Shown here one piece after another: positions 50,617-59,108 of a DNA stretch of 64,000 nucleotides. The notes beneath the pieces were generated by a model. It had not been told where the DNA came from. It made no database searches and saw nothing but the letters and a program-made list of their open reading frames with translations. The first letter of the stretch is position 1. The number at the start of each line of letters is the position of its first letter. A program made the translations under genes and the position numbers. The stretch comes from Cytophagales bacterium (GTDB lineage: Bacteria > Bacteroidota > Bacteroidia > Cytophagales > Cyclobacteriaceae). The stretch is taken from the NCBI GenBank assembly GCA_017303795.1, contig JAFLBR010000011.1, positions 94,166-158,165 of the forward strand. The letters run 5' to 3'.

Positions 50617-51762
50617 TTACCGATACACCTGTTTAAATACCTGATCGCTGCCGGGTTCGCGTTGATGGATGGGGCCGTGGTGATCTTTTAAAAATCCGCC
50701 TTCGCGCGTAGTAAATTTTGTTTGGATCTCCGAAATAATGGAAAGGGCAATTTCATCGGGTGCTTCTGCGCCAATGTCCAATCCGATAGGAGCATGAATG
50801 CGTTCAAAATCTTTTTCGGTTAGCGTAATGCCTTCAGCTTTATACTCGGCCAGCATTTTATCGAAACGCTTGCGCGGACCTAAGATGCCAATATAAGGTG
50901 TATGAGACTTCAATAATTTTTTTAACACATCGCGGTCGTACTCATAATTGTGCGACATTAATACGCAGGCCGTGTAGGGTGTAATGTTAAAATCACGATC
51001 AATAAACTCGCGTTGGCATAATGAAAGTTTATCGGCTGTAGGAAAAAAGATAGGGGCAATGTGGGCCACACATTCATCGGTAACGCTCACATTCCAGCCC
51101 AATGTTTTGGCCAGTTCACTTACAGGTCGGGCATCAAAGCCTCCACCAAAAATAATTACCGAAATAGAAGGTTGAATTAATTCGATAAACACTTCTTGCT
51201 CTATACCATGTGCCAGATACTTGTTTGCCTGCGATTTTTTCGAAGTAAAAATTTTCTGCAAGTCAGGCTTTACCAGCGCAGTAAGTTCAGCGCTTTGAAA
51301 TGTGTTTCGGGCTTCACCGGTTTCGGTAAGTAAAAGTTTTTCGCCTACGGCCAATCCATTAAAGATGGTTGCCAATGCCAGAGGTGTTTGCGTTTCCGCG
51401 AAAGCGGCAAATTGCTTAATGGCCTGCGTGTCGTTTACATCTAAAGGTTCAATCAGCACATCGATTACACCATTACAACCTAACCCAATACCCAGGTTTT
51501 GATTGCTCTCTTCGCGGGTATCGTATATAACGGTTACAGGTTTTTTGTCGGCCATTACCTGCCGGGCTTTACGCAAGGCATCGCCTTCCAGGCAACCACC
51601 ACTAATAGAGCCCACCCAGCGGCCATCATCGGTAATGAGCATCCGTGCACCAGGGCTACGGTACGATGACCCGCGTACTTTTACCACGGTGGCCAATGCA
51701 GCTTTGCGTTGGCCGAAGTCTACATTTTTATAAGCTGCTACAATTGCTTTAAAATCCTTCAT
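50617..51762 (-). CDS. XdhC/CoxI family molybdoenzyme maturation factor
   Basis: LATVVKVRGSSYRSPGARM, GSISGGCLE, GLGCNG, MSHNY..D, YIGILGP, PIGLDIGA..P.EIALSI. Confidence 0.93.
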   Translation of the reverse strand: MKDFKAIVAAYKNVDFGQRKAALATVVKVRGSSYRSPGARMLITDDGRWVGSISGGCLEGDALRKARQVMADKKPVTVIYDTREESNQNLGIGLGCNGVIDVLIEPLDVNDTQAIKQFAAFAETQTPLALATIFNGLAVGEKLLLTETGEARNTFQSAELTALVKPDLQKIFTSKKSQANKYLAHGIEQEVFIELIQPSISVIIFGGGFDARPVSELAKTLGWNVSVTDECVAHIAPIFFPTADKLSLCQREFIDRDFNITPYTACVLMSHNYEYDRDVLKKLLKSHTPYIGILGPRKRFDKMLAEYKAEGITLTEKDFERIHAPIGLDIGAEAPDEIALSIISEIQTKFTTREGGFLKDHHGPIHQREPGSDQVFKQVYR

Positions 51763-51769
51763 GTATTAA

Positions 51770-52177
51770 TCATTTCCCCTCCAGTTCTTCGTCTTCTTCA
51801 TTGTGCGAAAAGTAATCGATACCTAATAAATCGCCACTGTATTCTTTAAAGTGTAAAGTATCGCCCACGTGTTTAATCTCGTAATGATCGGAGTGGCAAT
51901 TTACTTTTAAAATTTTGCCATCATCAACTTTAACAAACGCAATCCATTGTTCGTGTTGTTCGGCCTGAATGGCATAATCGTAAGACCGATATTTGCCGTA
52001 GGGCAGGGCATGGGGCCCGGCATTGTTTTTACTGGGCACAAAAACCTTATCTACTATAACGCCCTGCATCAGGTGTGGTTTTGAGAACAAGACATCATAC
52101 ACCACAAGCCCTACCAGAACAAGTGCGCCTACAATTGCCACTAATGCAACACCGGTGGTTAGTCTGTTGGATGCCAT
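51770..52177 (-). CDS. Hypothetical membrane-anchored protein
   Basis: Single N-terminal TM helix then beta-rich domain. Confidence 0.6.
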   Translation of the reverse strand: MASNRLTTGVALVAIVGALVLVGLVVYDVLFSKPHLMQGVIVDKVFVPSKNNAGPHALPYGKYRSYDYAIQAEQHEQWIAFVKVDDGKILKVNCHSDHYEIKHVGDTLHFKEYSGDLLGIDYFSHNEEDEELEGK

Positions 52178-52389
52178 AAGTATGAAGTTTAATTAGAAAG
52201 ATACTTAATAATTTCCAGACCCGAAGCCATGTTTTATCCGGTTTCAGATGCGGTCGTTAAAGCAATCTCCAAACCTAAGGGTTTAATTACAAACGATTGC
52301 AAGAGAGAATTCGCCCTCAACTGAATATTTCTGCACTTGCAATTGGCCGCCATTTGTTACTTTCGCACCCCGTAAAAGATTCAGTAAAC

Positions 52390-54084
52390 ATGATAAAGAC
52401 CTCAGACCTGTTCTCGTACAAAATTGATAAGAAGTATAGCAAACCCGCGGCTTATTTTTCGATGGAGTTTGGTATTGATCAGGCTTTAAAAATTTACAGT
52501 GGCGGCCTTGGTTTTCTGGCGGGTTCGCACATGCGCAGTGCTTACGAGCTTAAACAAAATCTGATTGGCATCGGAATTTTGTGGAAGTATGGCTATTACG
52601 ATCAGGAAAGAAATCAGGACGGAACTTTAAAAGCAGGGTATGTAGAAAAGAACTATTCTTTTCTTACCGATACAGGCATTGTGTTTCCGATTACCATTCA
52701 CAACCACGAAGTGCATGTAAAAGCCTGGTTGCTGAAGCCTGAGGTATTTCATACAGCCCCCATGTTTTTGTTAAGTACCGATTTGCCTGAGAACGACCAC
52801 CTGGCACAAACCATCAGCTATCGGTTGTACGATAGCCACGAGTCGGCCCGCATTGCGCAGTCCATATTATTAGGTAGTGGCGGTGCAAAGCTGTTGGATA
52901 TTTTAGAACGCGAAACAGAGGTGTATCACATGAATGAAGGCCATGCGCTACCGCTGTGCTTTTATTTATTGAATAAATACAATAACGATCTGGAAGAAGT
53001 GCGCAAGCGGGTAGTGTTTACTACGCACACGCCTGAAAAAGCTGGCAATGAAGAACACGGAATTTCATATTTAGATGTGATGAGTTTTTTCCACGGTGTG
53101 CCGAAAGAAACGGTACTGGAATTAGCCGCACCCGATACCAATAATTTAAGTTATACACTGGCTGCGTTGCGCATGTCGCGCATCTCAAATGGAGTTTCGT
53201 CTTTGCACGGGGCGGTGTCGCGTAAAATGTGGACAGGCTTTGATGGCATTTGCGAGATTACTTCCATTACCAATGCGCAGAACAAAACCTTTTGGATGGA
53301 TGCTGCATTGGAAGAACATCATAAGCAAGGAAACGATAAAGGATTAACGCTTCGTAAAAAAGAAATGAAGCGCGAACTCTTTCGCGTGGTGGCAAACCAA
53401 ACCGGTAAAATTTTTGACGAGAACGTAATTACGATTGTATGGGCCAGACGTTTTGCGGCTTATAAACGCGCTAACTTATTGCTTCGCGACTTCGAGCGTT
53501 TTCTTAAGTTGGTAAACAATGCTGAATTTCCAGTGCAAGTGATCTGGGCTGGTAAACCTTACCCGGAAGATTTTGGTGCGATTGGAATCTTTAATGATAT
53601 CTATTGGAAAACAAAAGACTTACCTAATTGCGCTATTCTTACCGGTTACGAAATGGAGCTTTCCGGTTTGCTGAAGCGCGGTTCTGATTTGTGGCTCAAC
53701 ACGCCAAAAATGTTCCGCGAAGCCTCGGGTACTTCGGGCATGACAGCCGCTATGAATGGAAGTGTAAATCTTTCTATTCCCGATGGTTGGATTCCGGAGT
53801 TTTCGAAGCACGGAAAAAATTGCTTTATTATTTCGCCAGCCGAAGCGGATGACGCTGCGGAGCAGGATCGCATCGAAAATGATAACCTGCTTACGTTATT
53901 AGAAAATGAAATTGTGCCGATGTATTACAAAAAGCCGAAACAATGGGTGGCTGTTGTAAAACAAAGTATGGAAGATGTTGTGCCCGCGTTTGACAGCAAC
54001 CGCATGGCGCGTGAGTACTACGAGAAGTTGTATGCTACAACTGAAACGAAGGCTAAGAAAGCAAAAGAGCTGGAGGTGATTTAA
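52390..54084 (+). CDS. glgP: Alpha-glucan phosphorylase family protein (short form), PLP-Lys replaced by Thr
   Basis: Likely ATG 52390; YFSMEFG, YSGGLGFLAG, HMNEGH, FTTHTP, WARRFAAYKRA, EASGTSGMTAAMNG. Confidence 0.88.
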   Translation: MIKTSDLFSYKIDKKYSKPAAYFSMEFGIDQALKIYSGGLGFLAGSHMRSAYELKQNLIGIGILWKYGYYDQERNQDGTLKAGYVEKNYSFLTDTGIVFPITIHNHEVHVKAWLLKPEVFHTAPMFLLSTDLPENDHLAQTISYRLYDSHESARIAQSILLGSGGAKLLDILERETEVYHMNEGHALPLCFYLLNKYNNDLEEVRKRVVFTTHTPEKAGNEEHGISYLDVMSFFHGVPKETVLELAAPDTNNLSYTLAALRMSRISNGVSSLHGAVSRKMWTGFDGICEITSITNAQNKTFWMDAALEEHHKQGNDKGLTLRKKEMKRELFRVVANQTGKIFDENVITIVWARRFAAYKRANLLLRDFERFLKLVNNAEFPVQVIWAGKPYPEDFGAIGIFNDIYWKTKDLPNCAILTGYEMELSGLLKRGSDLWLNTPKMFREASGTSGMTAAMNGSVNLSIPDGWIPEFSKHGKNCFIISPAEADDAAEQDRIENDNLLTLLENEIVPMYYKKPKQWVAVVKQSMEDVVPAFDSNRMAREYYEKLYATTETKAKKAKELEVI

Positions 54085-54980
54085 TGTCTGGGAGTTACGA
54101 TTGTAAATACTCTTGAAATCGTAAACCCAAACCGAATATCACCTTTAAAAAAGTTACCGGTTGTTTCGGAAATGAAGGAACGCTCAGTCATGCCTGTTGA
54201 ATTAGTTACATTCAATTGAAAAACGTGGCCACCGGTTTCAATATCAAATCCTAACGCAAGCGAGTTAGTGGTGCCTGAAATCTGATGCCCTGGAATCTGG
54301 TAGTAGTATTCAGCATTTAAGCTTACCCGCTTATTAAGTTTCATTCTTCCACCGGCACCTACTGAAAAAACATCGTTTGGATCGTTAATGCCAGTTGCCA
54401 GGTTGTAGTGAATAAGTGTAGGCATAAGTTGAAGCGAAAGACTTTCGCTAAACTTTCTTCCAATTAAGAGCTGCGCAGAATAGTACATTTTGGAGGTCAG
54501 GAAATTTTCGCGATCGGGCGTATCAAATTTTAATGACTTATACATAATACCAGCGGCTGCACTTACAGTTATGGGCATGCCACCACTAACCTGGCTTAGT
54601 AGTTTATACTTGGTAAACCCATCAAATTGTTTTTGATAGGTACTTCTACCCACACCAATCATCCAGCGTTTTGTAAGTCCATAATCAAAGCCCATGCGCA
54701 TGGAGGCCTGATCCAATCCAAACAGTTCATAAGCACCATCGCTTAAAAAACCAAACCGGTGCGAGATTCTGAAATCAAGAACTCCTTTCGCCACATTCTC
54801 AACGGAGTGACCATTGATCAAACGCGTGGTTTTGAAAGTGGCTGTTACGTAATCTGGTTTACTTTGCTTTTCTGTTTCCTTATCAAGCATGTCCATTAAA
54901 TCCTGACCATAGCTTGTGGCATGTAGCGATGAAACAAAAAGCAGAATGCCAATGAGTGATAACTTATTATTTAGGCGCAT
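54081..54980 (-). CDS. DUF5777 family outer-membrane beta-barrel
   Basis: Likely start MRLNN (54980); ATFKTTRLINGHS, FRISHRFG, LFGLD, ETGGHVFQL, FGFTISRVF. Confidence 0.85.
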   Translation of the reverse strand: MRLNNKLSLIGILLFVSSLHATSYGQDLMDMLDKETEKQSKPDYVTATFKTTRLINGHSVENVAKGVLDFRISHRFGFLSDGAYELFGLDQASMRMGFDYGLTKRWMIGVGRSTYQKQFDGFTKYKLLSQVSGGMPITVSAAAGIMYKSLKFDTPDRENFLTSKMYYSAQLLIGRKFSESLSLQLMPTLIHYNLATGINDPNDVFSVGAGGRMKLNKRVSLNAEYYYQIPGHQISGTTNSLALGFDIETGGHVFQLNVTNSTGMTERSFISETTGNFFKGDIRFGFTISRVFTIVTPRH

Positions 54981-55515
54981 AAATACAATTGACATTAATC
55001 TCAACGGTTTTGGAAATTTTTTCAGCAACAAGTGCCGGTATTTCAATTTTGTGATCGGATAGTTTGATCACAAACTTCGAGCTTGCTTCAAGTTTGTCAG
55101 GCGAAACGATGATTGTACCCGTTGCTGTCTGGTATTGTTTTACGCCATGTATCGTGAGATCACCCCCAACTTCAATTTCGTAGGTTCCACTAACTTTAAA
55201 GTTCACCTTGCTTAGGTTTAATATTTTTCCGTTGAAGGTGGCTTTGGGGTATTTTGTTGACTCCAGATAGTTTTCATTAAAATGTTCTTCCATGAGTGCT
55301 TTATCGAAGCGAAAACTTTTAACCAGCACGGCAAAAACCAATTCACCTTTTTCTATATCTAGCAGACTCGTTACCTCATTGTTGGTTGCTTCTATGTTTT
55401 CTATTGGTGTTTTCGAAAAGAAAGAGATCTTTCCATTTCTGGTCATGAACACCGGCTGGGCAAAAGAACTCACGCTAATGGCGTAGAGCAATACACTAAC
55501 TAAAACCTGTTTCAT
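54967..55515 (-). CDS. YceI family (polyisoprenoid-binding) exported protein
   Basis: Signal peptide; ISFFSKTP.E.I.A, F.F.KALMEEHFNENY.ES..YPKATF, G.LTIHG. Confidence 0.88.
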   Translation of the reverse strand: MKQVLVSVLLYAISVSSFAQPVFMTRNGKISFFSKTPIENIEATNNEVTSLLDIEKGELVFAVLVKSFRFDKALMEEHFNENYLESTKYPKATFNGKILNLSKVNFKVSGTYEIEVGGDLTIHGVKQYQTATGTIIVSPDKLEASSKFVIKLSDHKIEIPALVAEKISKTVEINVNCIYAPK

Positions 55516-55531
55516 ATCTAAATTTAATTTG

Positions 55532-55894
55532 TTAATTGTTTAAAGCGCCAGCATCAATCCAGGCTTGAATTTTTTGAATATCGCAAGCCGACATTTTACC
55601 GGAATTTTTAGGCATAGCTGAATAACCAGAACTAAAATTGATGCTGCCCATCAGGCTACCATCGTTTACATATTTCATTACGGCCGTATGAGTGTTAAGT
55701 GCAATTCCGGCTGATGGACTGTTACCACCGTGGCAATTGTTACATCGGTTGTTAAGCAAAGGCAGCACATTGCCACTAAATGTACTTGTAGTTAATGGTG
55801 TACAGTTTGCTGATTCCGGATAAAGCGTGGCTTCGTTATCGTAATAACATCCGGTTAGCAAGAGTAAGGCAAACAAAGAGATCTTATTCATCAT
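55532..55894 (-). CDS. Monohaem c-type cytochrome lipoprotein
   Basis: Lipobox LTGC; CNNCH; distal AMPK; ends WIDAGALNN. Confidence 0.85.
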   Translation of the reverse strand: MMNKISLFALLLLTGCYYDNEATLYPESANCTPLTTSTFSGNVLPLLNNRCNNCHGGNSPSAGIALNTHTAVMKYVNDGSLMGSINFSSGYSAMPKNSGKMSACDIQKIQAWIDAGALNN

Positions 55895-55904
55895 ACCAAA
55901 GAAG

Positions 55905-56621
55905 TTAATTGTTAAGTGCCCCGGCATTTATCCAGGATTTGATCTGATTAATCTCGCACTCAGAAAGTTTAGTGCCTTGTGGCATGGGCGAAAAGCCAGT
56001 AGCATGCGTAATGCTTCCCACTAATTTTCCATTTGTAACCTGCGCTTTAATGGAGGTATAATCGGCCAGGTTTATATTGCCACCTAACGAGCCGGGTTTA
56101 TGGCAACCCACACATTGGTTGTTTATGATGGGCTTAACAGTTAATGCGAACGTAAATTGATCTGGATTACATGCGCAATTACAGTTTACGGTGTTTTTAG
56201 CGCCTTGGTTAATCCACGCAGCAATGGAATCTTTTTGTGCTTGTGTAAGTGGAGCATCGGGTGGCATTCTATCTTCACCTGATTCAAAAAGTACTTTATA
56301 CAATTTACTTTTACTGGCATTGCCTGGAGAAATTCCTTTTCTGACAATATTGTTGTAATTGTTTAGCGTGTAACCTTCTTTATGCGAGGTAGCATCATGA
56401 CACTTACTTCGGGCGCAAGATGAAATGAAGATGGGGAGTACACTACTTTCAAAACACACGTTTCCATCTGTTACACACCCCGGAGTGTTTGGCTCGCCCT
56501 CGTTTAACGTGGTTGGATCAATAAAAGGATCATGAACGCAACCGTTAAGTAAAACCAGAATCAAGACCAATAAACCAATGCTAATTCTAAAGCCATAGAC
56601 TAGTTTGGATTTCGCTTTCAT
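55905..56621 (-). CDS. Dihaem c-type cytochrome lipoprotein (planctomycete-type domain + second domain)
   Basis: Lipobox LNGC; CARSKCH (CX4CH) with RMPP; CVGCH with PMPQ; ends WINAGALNN. Confidence 0.85.
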   Translation of the reverse strand: MKAKSKLVYGFRISIGLLVLILVLLNGCVHDPFIDPTTLNEGEPNTPGCVTDGNVCFESSVLPIFISSCARSKCHDATSHKEGYTLNNYNNIVRKGISPGNASKSKLYKVLFESGEDRMPPDAPLTQAQKDSIAAWINQGAKNTVNCNCACNPDQFTFALTVKPIINNQCVGCHKPGSLGGNINLADYTSIKAQVTNGKLVGSITHATGFSPMPQGTKLSECEINQIKSWINAGALNN

Positions 56622-56632
56622 ACTGTTAAGAA

Positions 56633-57040
56633 TCATTTTTTGATTTGAGCAACACTTGTATTTGTTATAATTACATCTGAGAGAAATCCCTTGCAGATTC
56701 CTTTCAGCATTACAAATTCATTTTTCTTAAGATTGGCTTTTGAATCTTGCATGGTGCATTGGACACCAAACCCATCACCTTCTGCCGCAAGCATTACAAC
56801 CGGAATATTTTCCTGATTGTGTGTGATGTTTACAATCTTGCCAGACACCACAACTGTTTTGTCGAGGTAAAGTAGGTTGGCAGAATCTTCGTTAAGCTGG
56901 AATTGCCTGAGAAGTTCGGCTGCGGAAATTGCTATTCCCTGCTCGTCCTCAGGATTGCGGTGTGGTTTGTTATAGGTTATATAAACCGAGAAACTAATAG
57001 CCAGCAGAACAAACAAGGCAATACTACTTCTAGCTTTCAT
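56633..57040 (-). CDS. Membrane-anchored OB-fold protein (tRNA_anti-like)
   Basis: N-terminal TM; YNKPHR, ISA.EL...F..NE..AN..YLDK.V.VSGKI, V.LKG.C.G. Confidence 0.78.
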   Translation of the reverse strand: MKARSSIALFVLLAISFSVYITYNKPHRNPEDEQGIAISAAELLRQFQLNEDSANLLYLDKTVVVSGKIVNITHNQENIPVVMLAAEGDGFGVQCTMQDSKANLKKNEFVMLKGICKGFLSDVIITNTSVAQIKK

Positions 57041-57090
57041 TTTGAACCGATCAAAACCTTTTGGCTTTGATTTTCAAAGAATGAAAATGA

Positions 57091-57130
57091 TTCTGAATTG
57101 ATCTTGAATTAATTCTGAATGGATTCTCAA
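57091..57130 (-). promoter_or_regulatory. Four 11-bp-phased direct repeats (putative OmpR/PhoB-family binding site)
   Basis: Plus strand TTCTGAA (57091), TCTTGAA (57102), TTCTGAA (57113), TTCTCAA (57124). Confidence 0.7.
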
Positions 57131-58398
57131 GAATTAGCGGAAAAGCAAACCTGAAAATGATGCCTTGAATTGGAGTAATAATAGTTTATTGAAAAACTTT
57201 CGACTTCACAGATTTTTTTCAGAATGGCCAACCCAAGACCACTTCCCTGCGAGCTTCTTGATTCCTGATTAAACCGATTGAAGATTTTTTCGGGCGACTT
57301 AAGTGGCGAGCCATTATTAAGTACGGTTAAAGTTTCTTTTTCGATTTTAATCAACACATCGGTTTTAAAAGTAGCGTACCGTAGGGCATTTGAAATCAGG
57401 TTGCTAATTAAAATTTCGAAGAGTATGGGGTTTGCTTTGATAACTAAATCTTTAGCCACATCTACAGTAATATTTATTTCGCGTGTAAATGCAAGTTGTT
57501 GATAGTCCTCAATGGTTCGATTCAGCACAGCAAGCACTGAAACTTCGTCTGTAGCTATAAATTGCCGGTTTTCTATTTTCGATAGCAAGAGAAGATTTTT
57601 ATTCAATCTTGCAATCCGATCGGTTGTATCCAGCAGGTTGCTGATTAATTCTGCTTGTTCTTTAGTGAGCGGTGTGGTTTGAATCAGCAGTTCCAGTTTC
57701 GATCGGAAAATGGCAATTGGAGTTTGTAATTCATGCGAAGCATTTTCGGTAAATTCTTTTTGATTGAGATAGGCATCTCTACTTTTGTTCACCAATAAAA
57801 CAACTGCTTTACTCAGATCGCGAAATTCGGTAGTGGAAGAATGTGGAAGGCTAATAAAAGTATCTTCATCGATTTTATATTGCTTAAGCTTGTCTAGAAT
57901 TTTATAGAATGGATCCCAAACTTCATGCGATAGCTTTCGATTAATCAGGACAAAGCCGGTAAGCATGAGAATGAGTAAAACAACCTGAATAGCTACAATT
58001 GCAGTAACCAACCGCGTGTTACCGACAATCGACTCGCGAATAATTAGTTCGTAGTTTTTATTTTGAATTTGAATGCCGGTGCGAAGCGCCCTGAAGGGAA
58101 TGTTTATACCTTCCAGACTATCGTATTGAGTATAAGTGTAAACTGAATCAGAAACCGGCCATGCTTTAGCTTCCGATAATTTAAATTCTTCGTTAATTAA
58201 TTGAAAGAGCTGAATCTCCTTTTCTGTTTCCAACTGTTTTACAATATGATTGAAGTTAGCTTTGTGATGAAAAAGCTCTTCCTCCATTTCGTGAATAAAA
58301 AGTTGGCGGATAGCGATGTAAAAGAGCGGGGTGCTAACAACTAATAGGAGCGTGGAATAGAGGATATAATTTTTTACCGTCCGCTTGAGCAGCTTCAT
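57127..58398 (-). CDS. Sensor histidine kinase
   Basis: Two TM helices; H-box NASHELQTP; N-box NLISNALRY; G-box GSGLGLAI. Confidence 0.95.
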   Translation of the reverse strand: MKLLKRTVKNYILYSTLLLVVSTPLFYIAIRQLFIHEMEEELFHHKANFNHIVKQLETEKEIQLFQLINEEFKLSEAKAWPVSDSVYTYTQYDSLEGINIPFRALRTGIQIQNKNYELIIRESIVGNTRLVTAIVAIQVVLLILMLTGFVLINRKLSHEVWDPFYKILDKLKQYKIDEDTFISLPHSSTTEFRDLSKAVVLLVNKSRDAYLNQKEFTENASHELQTPIAIFRSKLELLIQTTPLTKEQAELISNLLDTTDRIARLNKNLLLLSKIENRQFIATDEVSVLAVLNRTIEDYQQLAFTREINITVDVAKDLVIKANPILFEILISNLISNALRYATFKTDVLIKIEKETLTVLNNGSPLKSPEKIFNRFNQESRSSQGSGLGLAILKKICEVESFSINYYYSNSRHHFQVCFSANS

Positions 58399-59069
58399 AC
58401 TTCAAATTTATAACCTAATCCGTAAATAGTTTTGATATAGTCTGCACATCCGGCCTCGGTTAATTTTTTCTTTAGGTTTTTCATGTGTGCATAAATGAAG
58501 TCGAAATTATCAAATACTTCAGCTACATCGCCAGACAGATGTTCGGCTATAGCATTTTTTGAAACCACCCGGTTTTTGTTCGAAACCAAAAATAACAGCA
58601 GGTCATACTCTTTTCGGGTAAGATCAACCAGCGTTTCGTTTACCGATACAACTTTACCCAATAAGTCGATGATTAACTCATGGAGCGTAAGGAGATTATT
58701 ACCACCAAATCGTTTGCGCCTGATTACGGCTGAAATGCGGGCTCCAAGTTCTGACAAATGAAAGGGTTTTACCAGATAATCATCGGCACCAAGGTTTAAG
58801 CCTTTAATCTTATCGTCAAGCGAATTTCGGGCAGAGATAATGATTACGCCATCTGCCTTCCCATCTATTTTCAGGGCCTCCAAAACAGTTAACCCGTTTC
58901 CATCGGGCAGGTTAATATCAAGTAGAATACAGTCATAATCGTGAAGCACAATTTTTTCAGTTGCCTGTTGGGCGGAATAGGCCACTTCGCACACGTAGCT
59001 TTCCTGCCGCAGATATTGAACTATGCTTTTTGCAAGCTCACGTTCGTCCTCAACAATTAGTACTTTCAT
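58395..59069 (-). CDS. OmpR/PhoB family response regulator
   Basis: VEDE, LLDINLPDG, GADDYLVKPF, LTRKEYDLL, IKTIYGLGY. Confidence 0.96.
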   Translation of the reverse strand: MKVLIVEDERELAKSIVQYLRQESYVCEVAYSAQQATEKIVLHDYDCILLDINLPDGNGLTVLEALKIDGKADGVIIISARNSLDDKIKGLNLGADDYLVKPFHLSELGARISAVIRRKRFGGNNLLTLHELIIDLLGKVVSVNETLVDLTRKEYDLLLFLVSNKNRVVSKNAIAEHLSGDVAEVFDNFDFIYAHMKNLKKKLTEAGCADYIKTIYGLGYKFEV

Positions 59070-59108
59070 AATTTATCTTTTGATAGATGTATTTATACAT
59101 CTCATAAC

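Noticed and set aside
54081-54084. Overlapping stop codons of convergent genes (also 41250-41253)
   Set aside because: TTAA stop overlaps are common in compact genomes and imply no function.
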